A stretch of 64,000 nucleotides of DNA from the NCBI GenBank assembly GCA_021323375.2, contig JAJPCT020000001.1:1-64000 (forward strand). The letters run 5' to 3'. The stretch's first letter is position 1. Each line of letters opens with the position of its first letter. Shown here one piece after another: positions 59,713-64,000 of this stretch. The translations under genes and the position numbers were made by a program. This DNA comes from Candidatus Wolframiiraptor gerlachensis (GTDB taxonomy: Archaea; Thermoproteota; Nitrososphaeria_A; Caldarchaeales; Wolframiiraptoraceae). The notes under the pieces are model-generated. The model saw only the letters and a program-made list of their open reading frames with translations. It searched no databases and was not told where the DNA came from.

Positions 59713-60914
59713 CCAGACACCTCCTCACTCACGACTGTTAGAGGCCTTGCCCTCTCCCAGTCTATGACTACCGGGTTCGGCTCAAAGCATCCCTTATGAA
59801 GCTCTAGAATTACCTCCTTGCTGACGCCGTCATCCTCCCTCAGATACCAGAGATACTTGTTAGACTTTGGAATCGAGTCCGAGATTATCCCGGCAACCCT
59901 GAAGCCTACCTCTTCGGCGATCGGCGCCGTAACCTCCGCCATGTCTATTATCCTTCCCTTCAACTTAACCCTCCCGAGGACTATCACCGCGGCCCTATCC
60001 CACTTGAGAACCCTGAAAATCTCCCTCAAGACATCCCTGATGAAGATCTTGAACCTCTCCACAGATTCCGTGTGGAAGAGCCTTCTCGCCACATCCTCAT
60101 ACTCATACCCCAAGAACCAGAGCCTAAGCCAGTTATCCCAAGCATATGTCTGCATATTGAAGTACGGTGGCGAGGTTATGACAAAGTCTATGGACTCATC
60201 CTCTATTGTAAGCCTCCTTGCATCCTCCATATATGCTTCACCCCTGATCGCCGGTATCCCATCCCTGAAGACGCGCTCGGCCTTCATCCTCAAGCATTTC
60301 AACACGTTCCTCTTCGGCTTCCTCACACCATTCTCCATCACGTATCTCTTCACATAGCCCGGGGCCATGGAGAAGGAGTGCGAGCACCTAACACTCAGAT
60401 GCATCCTAGTCGGACCATGGAGTATCCCGAGCATAAGGGCTCTCATGAAGTTGGCTAGATCCTCGTCCTCCGTCTCATTAATCAGGTCGCGAACCGCGAG
60501 AATCTGCCTCAACGTATAATTGCTGAAGAATGCCCTAACATCATCACTAACCTCTGACACGTCGTAGCCTGATGGATTGATCCTCGACTCAGCCCACTTT
60601 ATCCACTCGAGGACCCGCCTGCGGTGGACGGGCCTAACCTTCGCCCTCGTCAGGACATAGGCCTCCGGCGAGAGATCATTGCCTATCCCGATCCTTCCAT
60701 TGAGGCATGCCTCGAGCGGCGCGGTCCCCTTCCCGCTAAAGGGGTCGAGGACTATATCCCTAAGCCGCGAGTATTTCATGATAAAGTAGTATGCGAGGGC
60801 TGGTGGAAAGCTTCCAGTCCTGGAGCAGATCCTGTGGAGCGCGATGCCCCAGCCATCCCTCGCCCGCTTCCAGGAATCAATGATCTCATAGCTTAAAAGG
60901 CATGTAGTCTGCAA
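59709..60914 (-). CDS. N4/N6 amino DNA methyltransferase
   Basis: DPFSGKGT (motif I) and TSPPY (motif IV). Confidence 0.88.
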   Translation of the reverse strand: MQTTCLLSYEIIDSWKRARDGWGIALHRICSRTGSFPPALAYYFIMKYSRLRDIVLDPFSGKGTAPLEACLNGRIGIGNDLSPEAYVLTRAKVRPVHRRRVLEWIKWAESRINPSGYDVSEVSDDVRAFFSNYTLRQILAVRDLINETEDEDLANFMRALMLGILHGPTRMHLSVRCSHSFSMAPGYVKRYVMENGVRKPKRNVLKCLRMKAERVFRDGIPAIRGEAYMEDARRLTIEDESIDFVITSPPYFNMQTYAWDNWLRLWFLGYEYEDVARRLFHTESVERFKIFIRDVLREIFRVLKWDRAAVIVLGRVKLKGRIIDMAEVTAPIAEEVGFRVAGIISDSIPKSNKYLWYLREDDGVSKEVILELHKGCFEPNPVVIDWERARPLTVVSEEVSG

Positions 60915-61194
60915 GGCGCTGACGCACTTGAATCAATAGCTTTATCCATTCGGCTCGGAATGGTCAGAAAATAATTCGTGAAAAACCTCCACGTATACCA
61001 TCGGATATTCGGATTCCGGGAAGCGGTTTGAGAAGCATGATTAACTGCGGATAAGATCCACGTATATCATGTGAAAACACTCGGCTAGTAACATGGATAT
61101 CATGATCCGTGGAGGCATGTTTCATGCAAAGATCAGCTGAGATGACTCTAAGATGGCAGCGGAGCGGCCCGCAAGCCCTGAGCCGCCTTTTATG

Positions 61195-61202
61195 TTTTAA
61201 TA
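61195..61202 (+). promoter_or_regulatory. TATA box of disrupted tRNA-Gln gene
   Basis: TTTTAATA about 30 nt upstream; same motif upstream of the intact copy (63677-63670, minus). Confidence 0.7.
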
Positions 61203-61231
61203 GAGGCTTTGAAATGATAGTCTTCCGGGGA

Positions 61232-61292
61232 AGCCCGGTCGTCTAGCGGCCAAACCCTCGCTGGTCAGAATGGTTGGGGGGGTTAAGGATCT
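61232..61292 (+). pseudogene. tRNA-Gln 5' fragment (positions 1 to about 27) with BHB intron at 21/22 (61254-61286)
   Basis: First 22 nt identical to intact tRNA-Gln; helix GGCC/GGUU, bulges AAA and AAG. Confidence 0.85.
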
Positions 61293-61492
61293 TGGAAACT
61301 ATATACCTCAACTATCTCAAAATACTGTTATTTTAAATGTCTCTCTGTCTGTGGTCTCTAATACCGTGCACCTCCACAAAACTCCCGAAAGGTGGGTTTA
61401 AAGCCCAATTTTTCACCTCAACAGATCTCAACCCCAACCCATCTATAATGAAAAAGAATAAAGGATCCCCACAACCTCCATACTCATCAAAC

Positions 61493-61759
61493 CTATCCCC
61501 AGAACCGTTTTCTACACCCCTCGCATATTACTTGGACTATCTGGCCATCTATTATGACCGCGTAGCCCTTAGCCCTCTCCTCCAGTTCCTTCTTTGTTAA
61601 GGCCATAAGTCCTCCGCATAGGTCGCAGACCGCTTCATGCTTCTCGATATGCAGGACTTCCCTGATCTTACCCCTCCTATCAACCATCGTGATTATCAAA
61701 GATCTCAAAGCGAATTCCTGAATCCTCGGGTCTCCATCAATAGGCGTTAAAACGATCAT
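61493..61759 (-). CDS. Small CxxC...CxxC protein (island cargo)
   Basis: CDLC and CEGC; GGAGG upstream of MIVLTP. Confidence 0.55.
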   Translation of the reverse strand: MIVLTPIDGDPRIQEFALRSLIITMVDRRGKIREVLHIEKHEAVCDLCGGLMALTKKELEERAKGYAVIIDGQIVQVICEGCRKRFWG

Positions 61760-61992
61760 CCTAGCCCCATCCCCTCCTCCTGCTTTCTTGGTAGAACGTC
61801 TAGCGTGATGGCCTAACATAGTCTAGTGTCTCGTTAATAGCTCTCTTGACACCATACCTCTCCACAATCTTCTTCAATCCCCCCAGCTCAATAGACCATG
61901 ACAGACCAAGCCCATCCCTCAGTATCCCTCTCGTTATCATTATGGTGTTCCTTTTTCCGAGCCTATCCCCAGACTATTCGAATAAATCTTCT

Positions 61993-62211
61993 TTAGTACA
62001 AAACCTTCATCCTCTCAACCCTACCCCTCTCATCCACACAATGATTAATCTCATATGGTTCCTCATCCCAGCTTAGACACCTCACTTCTCTCAAGACAAC
62101 CCTCTCAACCGTAATCTCCTCCTTTCCGTCTGAGATCCTCCTCGCCCTCTCAACAGCAATAATAATGTGGAATGTCTTGGAGGTCTCATCTTCCTCGATA
62201 AAATTCTTCAC
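61993..62211 (-). CDS. Hypothetical protein (island cargo)
   Basis: 72-aa ORF; no motif. Confidence 0.4.
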   Translation of the reverse strand: MKNFIEEDETSKTFHIIIAVERARRISDGKEEITVERVVLREVRCLSWDEEPYEINHCVDERGRVERMKVLY

Positions 62212-62330
62212 GAACCTTTCCCATCAGCCTTAATCTGAACGCTTAAACCAATAATCCCTATGATAAGGGCTCTCATTTTCGGGATAGTCCTCAAGGAATA
62301 AGAAAGGGCCCGTGTCAGGGATGCGTGTGG

Positions 62331-62492
62331 ATGTGGTTGACTGGGGTTCTAGCTAGGGTGTTTGTCCTCGAGAATCTTGTTAGGATTGATGATTTCGCCA
62401 AGGCATTTGGGAGATGTGTTGGGGAATCCACGATGAGGGCACTATGCAGCGAGCTCAAGGACCTGCTGGAGGAGGACGAGGACCATGAGTAG
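62331..62492 (+). CDS. 53-aa accessory protein of the element
   Basis: MWLTGVLARVFVLENLVRIDDFAKAF..; homolog of 49951..50112 with synonymous changes. Confidence 0.8.
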   Translation: MWLTGVLARVFVLENLVRIDDFAKAFGRCVGESTMRALCSELKDLLEEDEDHE

Positions 62493-63362
62493 AATTGTTT
62501 TCGTTCATACTTCTAGGATTACTAAGGATGGTAGGGGAGGCCATATGCATGCTATGATGGCAAGAAGGTGTTCGAGGTATACGATCTGATCAAGCTCAAG
62601 AATTACGATGAAGTCTTCGTTGATACATTATTCCCAGAGCTGTATGACGAGGCGGCTGAATTGCTAGAAAAGGATGTCAAGATATTCCTATTGAAGAACA
62701 CGAAGCTACTTAAGAGGTTGAGGGAGGAGAATGGGGTTGAGAAGTCTGATGAGGCTGATGCAAAGCTTTTGAGCATGATTCCAAGGGATCATTTTAAGCA
62801 ACTTACACCAAATGAGCTTAAGCTGTTGAGATTGGTCTGGGAATATGAGAGATTCATTAGATGGAAGAAGACCGTCATCTGCTGGATGCAGATCTATCCC
62901 TCAGACCCCCTCAAGGAGTGCGTTATATGGCTTCAACGCCTTATCAAACGCCATGCCCGCAAGATAATCAGGGAGGTTAAAAATGACGAGAACTATGCGG
63001 CGGTATACAGGCTGGCATGCGATATGCTAGGAATCAGAAACGACAGTGTCGAACTCGCGATACTGGTGGTAAGACTTCCATTAAACCGGAAATTCAGCAG
63101 ATTATGCGGCATACTAGGCCTAACACCAAACGGAGGCAAAAACTACAATCATAAGCTACGCGGGCACCTCTCCAGGCTCGCAATAAGCATTTACCTCAAT
63201 AAGCGATACGGAGCCAATGAAGAGCTCATGAAAGACTTAGAGGGGCTACTGCTCAACAAGGCAATCCGCAGGCTACAGCTAAGGATACTGAAGGCCCTGA
63301 AGAAGGCTTGGCAACAATCAGCCGGCGGCAGTAAGAGCAATGAGAGGCTGGTGGCATGCTAA
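62485..63362 (+). pseudogene. IS110/TasR-like DEDD gene, frameshifted near 62534-62540
   Basis: FVDTLFPE, KSDEADA, SVELAILV, LGLTP..YNHKLR shared with 50105..50989; N-terminus MSRIVFVHT in another frame. Confidence 0.75.
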
Positions 63363-63443
63363 GGATCCGCCTGCCACAGGACCCCCTGTGGTAGCAAGAG
63401 CCCGAGTCCGCCAGCCTCGAGCTACGACAGCTTGCCGGCCAGC
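63321..63443 (+). ncRNA. Structured dual-guide RNA, copy 3
   Basis: Stems 63321-63326/63434-63439, 63344-63354/63408-63418, 63371-63380/63385-63394; same layout as copy 1 with different sequence. Confidence 0.8.
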
Positions 63444-63505
63444 CCGCCCCCTTTCCCCTTTTTTCTACCCTCTCTTGATAACGATCACCATAAAGAAAAT
63501 AGGGG

Positions 63506-63643
63506 TGGTAGCCCGGCTGGGATTCGAACCCAGGTCTCCGGGGGTCTCCCCACGGCCTACCGTCCAGCGGCCATGATCCAGAACCCGGAATCCATGGCCC
63601 CAGTAGGTCTGACCAACTGGTTTGGCCGCTAGACGACCGGGCT
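63506..63643 (-). tRNA. tRNA-Gln(CUG) with two BHB introns (21/22: 63594-63621; 37/38: 63544-63577), encoded CCA
   Basis: Splicing gives a 76-nt cloverleaf AGCCCGG...CCGGGCUACCA, anticodon CUG. Confidence 0.93.
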
Positions 63644-63778
63644 TCTCGGAGGGTATTGTTTCAAGCTTCTATTAAAATGTGAGGGGGTTGTGGTTTATTT
63701 GATTTGGTGGATGGTTGTATATTAGCCCGTGGTTGATCCAGACTCTATCACGGGTAGGGTTGGCTTGATTTCTCTTTA

Positions 63779-63845
63779 GGGCTCTGGATCGGGCTCTCCG
63801 AGGAGAGCCCCGAGGACCCCGGTTCGAATCCGGGCCGGGCTACCA
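63779..63845 (+). pseudogene. tRNA-Gln(CUG) 3' fragment (29-76) with 20-nt BHB intron at 37/38 (63788-63807)
   Basis: GGG-CU-CUG-G, helix CUCU/GGAG, T arm CCCGG UUCGAAU CCGGG, CCGGGCU ACCA. Confidence 0.87.
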
Positions 63846-64000
63846 CCCTCCCCTAAACATAATCACTTCATGTCTAGAAGATGTCTAGAGAATTTATAAT
63901 CCGTGATAAAGGAAAACACGTAGGCTCTCAAAGGGAATTGTGCGGAAAAGTTTTTCGGAGTAAGGGAGTCCTTCATCATCCGAGGGTCATCGCGTCAGTA

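Larger units (their letters stand above)
61293..63778 (+). mobile_element. Insertion 3, splitting tRNA-Gln(CUG) in the anticodon stem and carrying a replacement tRNA
   Basis: Joining the flanks restores a 76-nt cloverleaf after intron removal; same cassette as insertion 1. Confidence 0.82.

Noticed and set aside
61137-61182. Possible box C/D sRNA (GAGATGA...CTGA)
   Set aside because: Poor C box, no internal D'/C' boxes, no recognised target.
353-63632. Numerous antisense and overlapping short ORFs (e.g. 11335..11925, 20022..20732, 22976..23632, 63340..63576)
   Set aside because: Shadows of well-supported genes or RNAs, with no motifs of their own.
63730-63740. 11-nt complement (TGGTTGATCCA) to the D guide of the sRNA at 19690
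   Set aside because: The conserved 16S 5' end is a more likely target, and a single 11-mer can occur by chance in this much sequence.
61232-63845. Trans-spliced split tRNA, or a giant intron
   Set aside because: No long complementary leader and trailer. The best BHB register (28/29) has only 2 of 4 central-helix pairs. Insertion explains the break and the guide matches better. Not fully excluded.
1-64000. CRISPR or TIGR arrays, cas genes, rRNA genes
   Set aside because: No regularly spaced repeats or recognisable genes seen by eye.

Overview
Archaeal chromosomal DNA from a TACK-type lineage (PolD, exosome/proteasome superoperon, AglB, tRNA introns at non-canonical positions). Aigarchaeota or Bathyarchaeia-like is an inference. 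Most of the window is housekeeping. Main result: three related insertions (49578-51174, a remnant at 53212-53379, and 61293-63778). The two long ones carry a 53-aa ORF, a divergent IS110/TasR-like DEDD (RuvC-fold) gene lacking the IS110 catalytic-serine loop, and a structured 3' RNA; the remnant keeps only the 3' half of the RNA. In each copy the strands of the RNA's large internal loop match that copy's own pre-insertion (empty) site, one guide per DNA strand. The sites are the nadK/nob1 overlap, the purP/purP overlap and a tRNA-Gln(CUG) gene. At each site the host function is preserved by guide-mismatched sequence (new start and stop codons, synonymous codons, or a whole replacement tRNA). 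This looks like an RNA-guided homing or cleave-and-rescue element. The mechanism is inference; the sequence matches are directly visible. Also found: a 33-nt bulge-helix-bulge intron in a protein-coding Lrp/AsnC gene, a short hinge-less SMC-kleisin-KITE-like operon, two box C/D sRNAs, and a class III aminotransferase lacking its catalytic lysine. All calls were made by eye with no database searches.
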